A DNA stretch of 43,941 nucleotides from Nanobdellota archaeon (lineage in GTDB: Archaea; Nanobdellota; Nanobdellia; SCGC-AAA011-G17; GW2011-AR20). Positions 14,242 to 22,278 of this stretch are shown one piece after another (position 1 is the stretch's first letter; every line of letters begins with the position of its first letter). Location of the stretch: contig JBBSXG010000030.1 in the NCBI GenBank assembly GCA_038045885.1, forward strand, positions 1 through 43,941, written 5' to 3'. The notes below the pieces were generated by a model. That model searched no databases, had not been told where the DNA came from, and worked only from the letters and a program-made list of their open reading frames with translations. Position numbers and translations under genes: made by a program.

Positions 14242-15806
14242 AGATAAAAAAGTTTTTAAAGATGCGCGTAATAATCTTGTTATTCTTTATTCTAATAAGT
14301 ATAATAGCAATTAATCCAAAATTCAATGCTGAGGGTGTTGCAATTAAGGGAGTAGAAAAAAATAGCACAGCGGCATTGGCAGGGATTACTTATAGTTCAG
14401 ATACTACCCCCACTAATTTAGAAAGAATAATTGCGATAAATAGCCAAGATATAAAAAACATTGAAGACTACAATAATATTTTGGGTAAAATAAATAATTC
14501 TGAAGTAATTAGAGTTAAAACAGATAAAAACGATTACGCAATGATTAAAACAGAGCATTTAGGAATTAGTATAAGCGAAGTTCAGAAAAATAATCTAAAA
14601 AAAGGATTGGATTTACAAGGGGGAACTAGAGTTGTATTAGAACCTGATGAAAAATTAACCGATCAAGAATTTGATGATTTGGTGGGAATAATGGGGAATA
14701 GATTAAATGTTTATGGATTAATCGATATAAAAATAAGACAAAGTAAAGATTTATTTGGAGATAATTTTATAATAGCTGAAGTTGCAGGAGCTTCAAAACA
14801 AGAGGTAGAGGAATTAATTTCTAGCCAGGGTAAATTTGAAGCTAAAATAGGAAATGAAACTGTTTTCATTGGTGGAGAGAAAGATATAACATCTGTTTGT
14901 AGAGCTGATGGAACATGTTCCGGAATAAGACAATGTCTTGAAATTGAAGGCGGATTCCAATGTCAGTTTGAGTTTTCAATAAAATTAAGTGAAGAAGCTG
15001 CAAAGAGACATGCGCAAATTACAGATAAATTAGATGTTAATATAAGTGCAGCTGGAAATAATTATTTAAGCTTGCCTTTAGATTTATATTTAGATAATAA
15101 TTTAGTTGATAGTTTACAAATTTCTGAGGACTTAAAAGGACGAGAAACATTAGACATTGCAATTTCTGGCCCGGGAATAGGAAGTACAGAAGACGATGCT
15201 AAAAAAGAAGCTATTTCTAATATGAATAAATTACAAACTGTATTAATAACAGGATCTTTGCCAGTTAAATTAAATATTGTAAAGATAGATACTATCTCAC
15301 CAACACTAGGAAAAGCATTCTTCAATAACGCAATTACAATATTTGTTGTGGCAATCATAGCAGTTCTATTAATAGTATTCATTAGATATAGAGATTTAAA
15401 AATTTCTTTGCCAATAATTTTAATATCTTTAAGTGAGATCTTTATTACACTAGGAGTGTTAGTACTACTAGGAACATTAGGATTAGATTATAACCTAGAC
15501 TTGGCAGGAGTAGCAGGAATTATCGCCGCAGTCGGAACAGGAGTGACTGATCAGATAATAATAGCAGATGAGATTTCAAAGGGGAAAAAAGAACATGTTA
15601 CAAATTTTAAGGATAAAATTAAAAGAGCATTCTTTGTTATTTTAGTTTCCTGGGGGGCCGGCGTAGTCTCAATGCTTCCATTACTCTTCACAGGTGCAGG
15701 ACTATTAAAAGGATTTGCATTAACAACAATAATAGGAGTTTCTGTAGGAGTATTCATTACAAGACCAGCATTTGCATCTATTGTAGAAAATTTAGAAGAA
15801 GATTAA
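14238..15806 (+). CDS. secD: Protein-export membrane protein SecD with an N-terminal PDZ-like insert
   Basis: KKGLDLQGGTRVVLE and a C-terminal 5-TM block (AGIIAAVGTGVTDQIII). Residues ~33-105 look PDZ-like. A 4-nt overlap links it to secF. Confidence 0.8.
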   Translation: MKIKKFLKMRVIILLFFILISIIAINPKFNAEGVAIKGVEKNSTAALAGITYSSDTTPTNLERIIAINSQDIKNIEDYNNILGKINNSEVIRVKTDKNDYAMIKTEHLGISISEVQKNNLKKGLDLQGGTRVVLEPDEKLTDQEFDDLVGIMGNRLNVYGLIDIKIRQSKDLFGDNFIIAEVAGASKQEVEELISSQGKFEAKIGNETVFIGGEKDITSVCRADGTCSGIRQCLEIEGGFQCQFEFSIKLSEEAAKRHAQITDKLDVNISAAGNNYLSLPLDLYLDNNLVDSLQISEDLKGRETLDIAISGPGIGSTEDDAKKEAISNMNKLQTVLITGSLPVKLNIVKIDTISPTLGKAFFNNAITIFVVAIIAVLLIVFIRYRDLKISLPIILISLSEIFITLGVLVLLGTLGLDYNLDLAGVAGIIAAVGTGVTDQIIIADEISKGKKEHVTNFKDKIKRAFFVILVSWGAGVVSMLPLLFTGAGLLKGFALTTIIGVSVGVFITRPAFASIVENLEED

Positions 15807-16522
15807 AATTCTTTTCTTGCTCTTTCTAAATCTTCATAGCTTCCAATGTCAAACCATTTTCCAGAAAATCTATAACCGTAAATGTCCTGACTATTTTCAA
15901 CTAAATGTTTTATTAATTCGCCTGCATTCTCCTTAAAGATCTTTTTTTCTAAATGGTGTAAATCATATTTTGAGAGGATATAGCATAAAGTGCTAACTAA
16001 ACTTGTTTTAGGATGATGAGGTTTTTCCTCAAAATTTGTAATTTTATTGTTTTTATCTAATTCAACAACACCAAATTTGCTTACTTTGCTTTTATCACCG
16101 AAATCATAAACTGCAATAGCTGTTTTCCTAGTTTTATGATAAAAATTTATGAAGTCATCTACATCAAAGTCAAATAAATTATCTCCAGCAACCACAAACA
16201 AATCGTCGTAAATATTTTTATGCTTAACAACATATGCTATTGCACCTATTGAACCGGGCATTTCATCAATTATCCTGTTTTTGTCGCTTATTATCTCAAC
16301 CTTTTTGTTATATCTAAAATAAGTCTCAAATGCTCTAAACTGATTTTCAAACTGATGTGGATAAATAATAGAAATTTCATCAAGATTTTTAGAAATATCT
16401 AAACTATCTACAATATGTGCTAAAACAGGTTTTCCTTTTACATCAAGCAAAGGTTTTGGAGTTATTCTAGTTAGAGGATATAACCTACTTCCTAATCCTG
16501 CAGTTAATATTAATGATTTCAT
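15803..16522 (-). CDS. Sugar-phosphate nucleotidyltransferase (NTP_transferase family)
   Basis: ILTAGLGSRLYPLT..TPKPLL.V.GKP; VVAGDNLF. Confidence 0.8.
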   Translation of the reverse strand: MKSLILTAGLGSRLYPLTRITPKPLLDVKGKPVLAHIVDSLDISKNLDEISIIYPHQFENQFRAFETYFRYNKKVEIISDKNRIIDEMPGSIGAIAYVVKHKNIYDDLFVVAGDNLFDFDVDDFINFYHKTRKTAIAVYDFGDKSKVSKFGVVELDKNNKITNFEEKPHHPKTSLVSTLCYILSKYDLHHLEKKIFKENAGELIKHLVENSQDIYGYRFSGKWFDIGSYEDLERARKEF

Positions 16523-16556
16523 AAACTTAAGTCAAAATAGCTCTTTATAAGTTTAA

Positions 16557-16653
16557 CGCCAGAGCGAGGATTTGAACCTCGAAGTCCTTTCAGACGGCAG
16601 TTTTCTTTTACAAATTCGAGACTGCTACCCTAACCGGATTAGGTGACTCTGGC
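16557..16653 (-). tRNA. tRNA-Ser (anticodon CGA) with a ~12-nt anticodon-loop intron and no encoded CCA
   Basis: Hand-folded cloverleaf: acceptor GCCAGAG/CTCTGGC, D arm ACCT-AATCCGGTTA-GGGT, anticodon stem GCAGT/ACTGC, loop CTCGAA[tttgtaaaagaa]A, long variable arm CGTCTGAAAGGACTT, T arm CGAGG-TTCAAAT-CCTCG, discriminator G. Confidence 0.85.
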
Positions 16654-16688
16654 ATAAGTTTTATAAATTTTCTTCATTAAAAAAGCTT

Positions 16689-17105
16689 ATGTATTTGAGA
16701 TATCATTTATTATCATGTGTAATCTTGGCAATAGTCCTATTTCCATTTTTTAATTATTATTCATTATTAGTTTTTATATTGGGATTTTTTATTGACCTTG
16801 ATCATTATTTATATGATGTTATAACAACAAGAAAATTAAGTTTATCTACATCATATAAAATACATATGAATAAAGAACATGAAATTAAAGACCAATTACA
16901 TATTTTTCATACTATTGAATTTATTGCAGCATTTTTAATTTTAACAATAATTTCAAATAACGTATATCTAATAATTGTAAGCACAGGATTACTTTTACAT
17001 CTAATTTTAGATTACATTTATGAAATTTACTTAATTATGATAAAAAAAGAAAAATTAAAACAAACAAGAGCAAGCTCTTTGATATTGTGGATGCTAAGGC
17101 ATTAA
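16689..17105 (+). CDS. Polytopic membrane protein (possibly a DUF457/YdjM-like membrane hydrolase)
   Basis: Four or five hydrophobic segments and an FIDLDHYLYD motif. The palindromic TATA TTTATAAA (16660-16667) is centred 25.5 nt upstream. Confidence 0.4.
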   Translation: MYLRYHLLSCVILAIVLFPFFNYYSLLVFILGFFIDLDHYLYDVITTRKLSLSTSYKIHMNKEHEIKDQLHIFHTIEFIAAFLILTIISNNVYLIIVSTGLLLHLILDYIYEIYLIMIKKEKLKQTRASSLILWMLRH

Positions 17106-18040
17106 TGCTTGTCAACAAAGTGTTTTAACAGGGTAATGAAGATAACCAAGATTAATGGTCCAAAGAATACTCCAATAAATCCTAATAAAGCTATTCCTCC
17201 AAATACCCCCAGAACAATTATCCCGGGATGTAATTGTGATTTTTGACTTATTAATTTTGGTTTAAAAAACAGTTCAACTCCACTTATGAAAATAGCACCA
17301 TAAATAAATAATCCAACGGCATTAAAATAATCTCCCTGCAAAAATTTGACCAAAGCAGCAGGTATCCAAATAACAGCGTTTCCTAATCCAGGAAGCATAC
17401 TTACAATTATTAAAATAAATCCCCATAAAATTGGATTTGGAACATTAAATATATAAAATCCTATTGTCCCTAAAACTCCGACAATTAATCCTATTAAAAT
17501 TAATCCATAAACAACAGCTGAAGAAACTCGTTCAAACTCATTAAAAACAATTTCCTTATGCTTTTTTTCTAATGGAATGATTTTTTTAACGTTATTAACA
17601 ATCCTGTCACCTTCCCTAAGAAAATAATAAAACAAGAATAATGTGACAAAAGAATTCATTAAAAATCTTGGAACTGATGTTATTAAAGACTGTGCTTCAT
17701 TTGTAACAAAAACAGAAACCTTGTCAAATATATTTTGTAATACAGGAGTTAATTGATAACCTTGTACAACATAGTAAAAGTCTAGAGATTGTTTGAATAA
17801 AGATTCCACAACAAATATAGTTGGCAGGACAAATAACAAGATTACAATTACTAAAATTATTAATGCAGCTAATGTCTTGTTTATCTTTGAGCTTAATTTT
17901 TTATAAAAAGGATGGAATAAATATGCTAAAACAATACTAGCTAAGATTGCCGTTATGAAAGGTCTTATTACCAAAAAAGCTAATAATGCGATTAAGATAA
18001 ACATTGCAACAAAAATATATTTTGGATGTATTTTTTCCAT
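17102..18040 (-). CDS. AI-2E (PerM/UPF0118) family transporter
   Basis: 312 aa, about 7-8 TM segments, and the characteristic layout with a central soluble loop (REGDRIVNNVKKIIPLEKK...). Confidence 0.7.
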   Translation of the reverse strand: MEKIHPKYIFVAMFILIALLAFLVIRPFITAILASIVLAYLFHPFYKKLSSKINKTLAALIILVIVILLFVLPTIFVVESLFKQSLDFYYVVQGYQLTPVLQNIFDKVSVFVTNEAQSLITSVPRFLMNSFVTLFLFYYFLREGDRIVNNVKKIIPLEKKHKEIVFNEFERVSSAVVYGLILIGLIVGVLGTIGFYIFNVPNPILWGFILIIVSMLPGLGNAVIWIPAALVKFLQGDYFNAVGLFIYGAIFISGVELFFKPKLISQKSQLHPGIIVLGVFGGIALLGFIGVFFGPLILVIFITLLKHFVDKH

Positions 18041-18074
18041 ATTGTATTTAATTTAATTCGGTTTATAAATTTTC

Positions 18075-18284
18075 TTAAATCGAACTCTTAGGCTGAAATT
18101 CATTTAATAAAGTGTATATTGACATAAAGATTACTATAATAATTATGAATTTTAATAGAAAATTAATTTCTGCAAACCAGGTTATTACAGATTTAATTAT
18201 TGGATATGTAAATGCTAAGATTAAGATGAAAAAAGCAAATACAATTATTAATCCGACAGGACCATTTATCCCTCTTTTATCCAT
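18075..18284 (-). CDS. Small membrane protein (69 aa, two TM segments)
   Basis: ORF with two clear hydrophobic helices. There is no homology evidence. Confidence 0.35.
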   Translation of the reverse strand: MDKRGINGPVGLIIVFAFFILILAFTYPIIKSVITWFAEINFLLKFIIIIVIFMSIYTLLNEFQPKSSI

Positions 18285-18342
18285 TTTATTATTAATTTTT
18301 ATTCATTTATAAAATTATTGCAAAGCCACCCACGCCGTAACC

Positions 18343-18350
18343 TTTATAAA
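18343..18350 (+). promoter_or_regulatory. TATA box (TTTATAAA, preceded by the GC-rich segment GCCACCCACGCCGTAACC) for the L1-P0-P1 operon
   Basis: Located 56-63 nt upstream of the ATG at 18406. The leader contains the SD-like GGAGGA (18395-18400). Confidence 0.4.
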
Positions 18351-18405
18351 TACATTAAATAAGAAAATTTTATCCGATAGGACTACTTAACGTAGGAGGA
18401 TGTAA

Positions 18406-19059
18406 ATGGACAAAGCATTATTACTAGAAAACATAAAGAAAGTAAGGGAAAGTTCTAAAAAGAATTTTGTACAAAAAATTGATTTAATTGTTAATTTAAA
18501 AAATATTAATTTAAAAAAACAAGAAGAAAACATTGATGTTTTTGTTACATTGCCTCATTCTCCAGGAAAAAATATCAAGATATGCGCCTTAGTTGGAAGA
18601 GAAATGCAGGATCAAGCTGCCGTATTTGACAAAGTTATTGCAAAAGATGAATTTACAAAATATCTGGATAAAAAACTTGTAAAGAATTTGGCAAACGAGT
18701 TTAACGTTTTTGTTGCGCAGGCAAATTTAATGACAGATGTAGCAAGAGTATTTGGAAAAACTCTTGGCCCTAAAAATAAAATGCCGAATCCAAAGTCAGG
18801 TGCGGTTATAGGTCCTGGAATGAATTTAACTGAATTAAAATCAAAATTAGCTAAGACTGTAAGATTAAAGACAAAGAATGAAGCGATAATAAAAACTTAT
18901 GTTGGGAATCAAAGCATGCCAGATGAACAAATATTAGAGAATGCAATGGCATGTTATAATGCATTAATAAGAAACTTGCCTCAGGAAGAAGCAAATGTAA
19001 GGAATGTCATATTAAAATTGACAATGGGGCCTGCATTTAGGATAGAAAAGAAAAAATGA
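18406..19059 (+). CDS. rpl1: 50S ribosomal protein uL1
   Basis: Typical uL1 length and motifs (VFVAQANLM..V.RVFGK.LGP..KMPNPK). Confidence 0.92.
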   Translation: MDKALLLENIKKVRESSKKNFVQKIDLIVNLKNINLKKQEENIDVFVTLPHSPGKNIKICALVGREMQDQAAVFDKVIAKDEFTKYLDKKLVKNLANEFNVFVAQANLMTDVARVFGKTLGPKNKMPNPKSGAVIGPGMNLTELKSKLAKTVRLKTKNEAIIKTYVGNQSMPDEQILENAMACYNALIRNLPQEEANVRNVILKLTMGPAFRIEKKK

Positions 19060-20030
19060 CACGCGCAAAAGAACTAAAAGCTAGAGAATTAGAACAAGTT
19101 AAAGAATTGATTAATAAGTATGAAACAGTTTCTATAGCTGATTTAAGATCGCTTCCAAGTTCAACGTTGCAAAGATTAAGAAATAAATTAAGAGATAAAA
19201 TTTATGTTAAAGTAACTAAAAAATCCATAATTTCATTAGCAATAGATCAAATAAAAAACAAGGATTTAACAAGTTTAAAACAAGCTTTAGATATCTCGAT
19301 TCCAGTTTTAATATTAAGCAATGAAGATCCATTCAAATTATTCAAGGAAATCAAAGCCAACAAATCAAAGGCTTTTGCAAAACCAGGACAGGTATCTCCA
19401 ATGGATATCATAGTTCCTGCAGGTCCTACAAATTTCACTCCAGGTCCAATCATAGGAGAATTAGGGGCAGTAGGATTACAAACAAGCGTAGAACAAGGGA
19501 AAATAGCAATAAAGAAAGAAAAATTATTAGTAAGAGAAAATGAAATTATAAAGCCTGAAATCGCTTCAATATTATCAAAGTTAAATATTACACCAATAGA
19601 AATCGGATTAAACATAGTTTCTATTTACAAAGATAAGATTGTTTACCAAAGAGAAATATTAGATATAGACGAAAAACAATATATTAACAACTTAATATTA
19701 GCAAATTCACAGGCATTTGCATTAGCTGAGAAAATTGGTTACATAGATAAAGAAAATGTTAAAATGCTATTAAGCAAAGTATACATTACAACTTTGAATG
19801 TTGGTAAAAAATTGAATCTCGAATTAAACACAGAAATTAAAAAATTAGAAAAGCATGATAATGTAGAGAAACAAGAAGTAGTAGAACATAAACATCATGA
19901 GCAAGATAAAAGAAACGTAGTAGGTTATACAGAAGATTCAGTTAAAAAAGCTCAAGATATCTTGAGAGATTTACAGGATAAAAAAATCCATGAGCAAGAA
20001 AAACCAAAATTTAAAAGTGCGTGGGATTAA
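19056..20030 (+). CDS. rplP0: Ribosomal stalk protein uL10 (P0) with a non-canonical C-terminus
   Basis: N-terminal uL10 domain (K..EL..VKELI.KY..V.IADL..LPS..LQ.LR..LR). Archaeal-size protein (324 aa). A 4-nt overlap links it to rpl1. Confidence 0.88.
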   Translation: MTRAKELKARELEQVKELINKYETVSIADLRSLPSSTLQRLRNKLRDKIYVKVTKKSIISLAIDQIKNKDLTSLKQALDISIPVLILSNEDPFKLFKEIKANKSKAFAKPGQVSPMDIIVPAGPTNFTPGPIIGELGAVGLQTSVEQGKIAIKKEKLLVRENEIIKPEIASILSKLNITPIEIGLNIVSIYKDKIVYQREILDIDEKQYINNLILANSQAFALAEKIGYIDKENVKMLLSKVYITTLNVGKKLNLELNTEIKKLEKHDNVEKQEVVEHKHHEQDKRNVVGYTEDSVKKAQDILRDLQDKKIHEQEKPKFKSAWD

Positions 20031-20051
20031 TGATTATAGGAGGAAAACAAA

Positions 20052-20342
20052 ATGGAGTTAATTCACACTGCTTTACTGCTTAACAAAGCTGGTAAGGAAG
20101 TAAATGAAAGCAACGTCAAAAAAGTGTTGGACGCGGTTGGCATAAAAGAAGATGAAGGAAAAATAAAAGCCTTAGTTACTGCTTTGGAAAATGTAAACAT
20201 AGAAGAAGTAGTAAAAGAAGCTTCAGCAATGCCTGTAGCAGTTCAAGCTGCACCACAAGAAGCTAGAAAGGAAGAAAAGAAAGAAGAAAAGAAACCAGCA
20301 GATGACACAGCAGCAGTTGGATTAGGGTCCCTATTCGGATAA
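20052..20342 (+). CDS. rpl12: Ribosomal stalk protein P1 (archaeal L12)
   Basis: [24 protein letters not shown], a charged linker KEEKKEEKK, and the conserved tail [10 protein letters not shown]. Confidence 0.9.
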   Translation: MELIHTALLLNKAGKEVNESNVKKVLDAVGIKEDEGKIKALVTALENVNIEEVVKEASAMPVAVQAAPQEARKEEKKEEKKPADDTAAVGLGSLFG

Positions 20343-20387
20343 GACCCTTTTCTTTCACAAAATGTATTGCAGTAATCTAGACACAAA

Positions 20388-21251
20388 ATGGAAAAGAACG
20401 ATTTACTTAGAGAGATTAATGGAGTGAGGATAGAAGTCAATAAACTGAAGCAAGAATTAGACGAGTTAAATAAGGAAAAAGAGTTCTGGTTCAGCAAAAA
20501 AGAGTCGTTAAAAAAAGATCTTAATTCTTATATTGTTGAAATTAAAAAACTAAAATCAAGCTCCGATATATTTAATCAAGAAATAGTAAATTTAAGAAAC
20601 ACTAGAGATGAATATAATAAAAAAAATAATGATTTGATTGATGAGATTAAAAAATTAAATTCTGAAAAAAGAAATTTATTAAAAGACAAAAGGTTAAGCA
20701 ATCCTCAAATGATTAAAAAAGAAATTGAAAGACTAGAATATAAAATAGAAACCGAAGCGTTGAGTTTTGAAAAAGAAAAAAAAATGATGAAGGAGATTAA
20801 TGAGCTAAGGAAAAAATACCAGGAAAATTCCCAGATTTCTAATTTATTCGATAAAATTAATGATGTAGATAAAAAAATTAAGGAAAACAGGAAAAAAGCA
20901 GATGATTCCCATAGAAAATTAAAAGAAATATTTGACAATGACAAAGAGGATATTAATAAATTTAAAATTTTAAGCAAAAAAATTTATGAAACAAGAAAAG
21001 AGCAGCAAGATGCTTTTGACAAATTTATAAATTTCAAGAATAAATTTTTAGAAGCTAATAACAAATTAAAAGAAAAACTAACAAGATCAAATGAGTTAAA
21101 CAATCAATTAGATGATATTAAACGAAACGTTAGAAAAGAAAAAGAAATAATAAAGCAGAAGAAGATGGAAGAACGGGATAAAGAAATTGAAGATAAGTTA
21201 TTAAAGAAGAAAAAATTAACAAGAGACGATTTAATAATGCTGCAAAGATAG
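20388..21251 (+). CDS. Archaeal coiled-coil protein (COG1340-like)
   Basis: 287 aa, almost entirely heptad-like K/E/L/N-rich sequence. Confidence 0.5.
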   Translation: MEKNDLLREINGVRIEVNKLKQELDELNKEKEFWFSKKESLKKDLNSYIVEIKKLKSSSDIFNQEIVNLRNTRDEYNKKNNDLIDEIKKLNSEKRNLLKDKRLSNPQMIKKEIERLEYKIETEALSFEKEKKMMKEINELRKKYQENSQISNLFDKINDVDKKIKENRKKADDSHRKLKEIFDNDKEDINKFKILSKKIYETRKEQQDAFDKFINFKNKFLEANNKLKEKLTRSNELNNQLDDIKRNVRKEKEIIKQKKMEERDKEIEDKLLKKKKLTRDDLIMLQR

Positions 21252-21258
21252 TTACAAC

Positions 21259-21567
21259 TTATTGTCTATAGCAGTTATTATTTATAGCAACATCAAGTGT
21301 CAAATTTATTTTACGAGATTTATCTTTTAATGATTTTATAACTGCGATTTCTAAATTGTTCATAGAACTTTCGCTTAGTGGAAATGCTCTTTCTTTATAT
21401 TCATCCTTAATCCGATTAAGAAACAATTTATATTGATTCGGTTTACCATCTTCAAGGAAATCAATCATATACAAACTACCCTTATAAGAGACAGCTCTAA
21501 TGATGTTTTGATGAAGTCCAGGACCAGAATCGACTTCATAAATTTGATATTGTTTCAAAGGTTTCAT
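21259..21567 (-). CDS. Hypothetical protein (102 aa)
   Basis: ORF only. Confidence 0.35.
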   Translation of the reverse strand: MKPLKQYQIYEVDSGPGLHQNIIRAVSYKGSLYMIDFLEDGKPNQYKLFLNRIKDEYKERAFPLSESSMNNLEIAVIKSLKDKSRKINLTLDVAINNNCYRQ

Positions 21568-21644
21568 GGCATTATAAACTTAGAAAATAATTTAAAGCTA
21601 TTGTTTTAGCAAGATATTTAAGTTCTATTAGTCATGACAGATAC

Positions 21645-22205
21645 ATGAAAAAATTATACCTTTACTCAATTTTAGTTTTAGCAGTAGTAATTTCATTTAT
21701 TTTTGATAAAAATATTTCAATATTTTTCACAAGCTATAGAATAAGCATATTAAGTTCACTGGCTATTTTTATTGATTTTGTTGCATGGTATGTATTATTT
21801 AGTATAATCTTAATGGTTATTATATTAAGTAAGAATTATAAAAAAATCTTGCCATTAATATTATCATTATTCCTATATTTAATATTAACAAATGGATTAA
21901 AAATTATAATTTCAAGAGAACGTCCTTTTGTTGAATTGCAAAATGAGTTAGTCCAAACTTTAAATCCCGATAGAAGTTTTCCAAGCGGTCATGCAACAGC
22001 AATGTTTACAGTATTAAATTTCATGGATAAAATGAAGTATTTGTGGATCTTCTTTGGGATTATAGTAATACTATCAAGAGTTTATCTAGGGGTACATTAT
22101 TTAAGCGATGTCATATTTGGAATGTTACTAGGATTATTAATAGGTGATTTAACTAATTACATAGTAAAGAACTACAAACTCCTCAATAAATTCAAGCTTT
22201 CTTGA
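21645..22205 (+). CDS. PAP2-family membrane phosphatase
   Basis: All three PAP2 motifs are present: KIIISRERPF, PSGHA and SRVYLGVHYLSDV. Confidence 0.85.
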   Translation: MKKLYLYSILVLAVVISFIFDKNISIFFTSYRISILSSLAIFIDFVAWYVLFSIILMVIILSKNYKKILPLILSLFLYLILTNGLKIIISRERPFVELQNELVQTLNPDRSFPSGHATAMFTVLNFMDKMKYLWIFFGIIVILSRVYLGVHYLSDVIFGMLLGLLIGDLTNYIVKNYKLLNKFKLS

Positions 22206-22218
22206 AGCCACCGAAAGG

Positions 22219-22226
22219 TTTTTAAA
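22219..22226 (+). promoter_or_regulatory. TATA box (CGAAAGG-TTTTTAAA) for the surface-protein gene
   Basis: Upstream of the ATG at 22279, with the SD-like GGGGGT at 22265-22270. Confidence 0.4.
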
Positions 22227-22278
22227 GGTTTAGTAACTATAGGATAACAACATAATATTAACACGGGGGTTAATCAAA

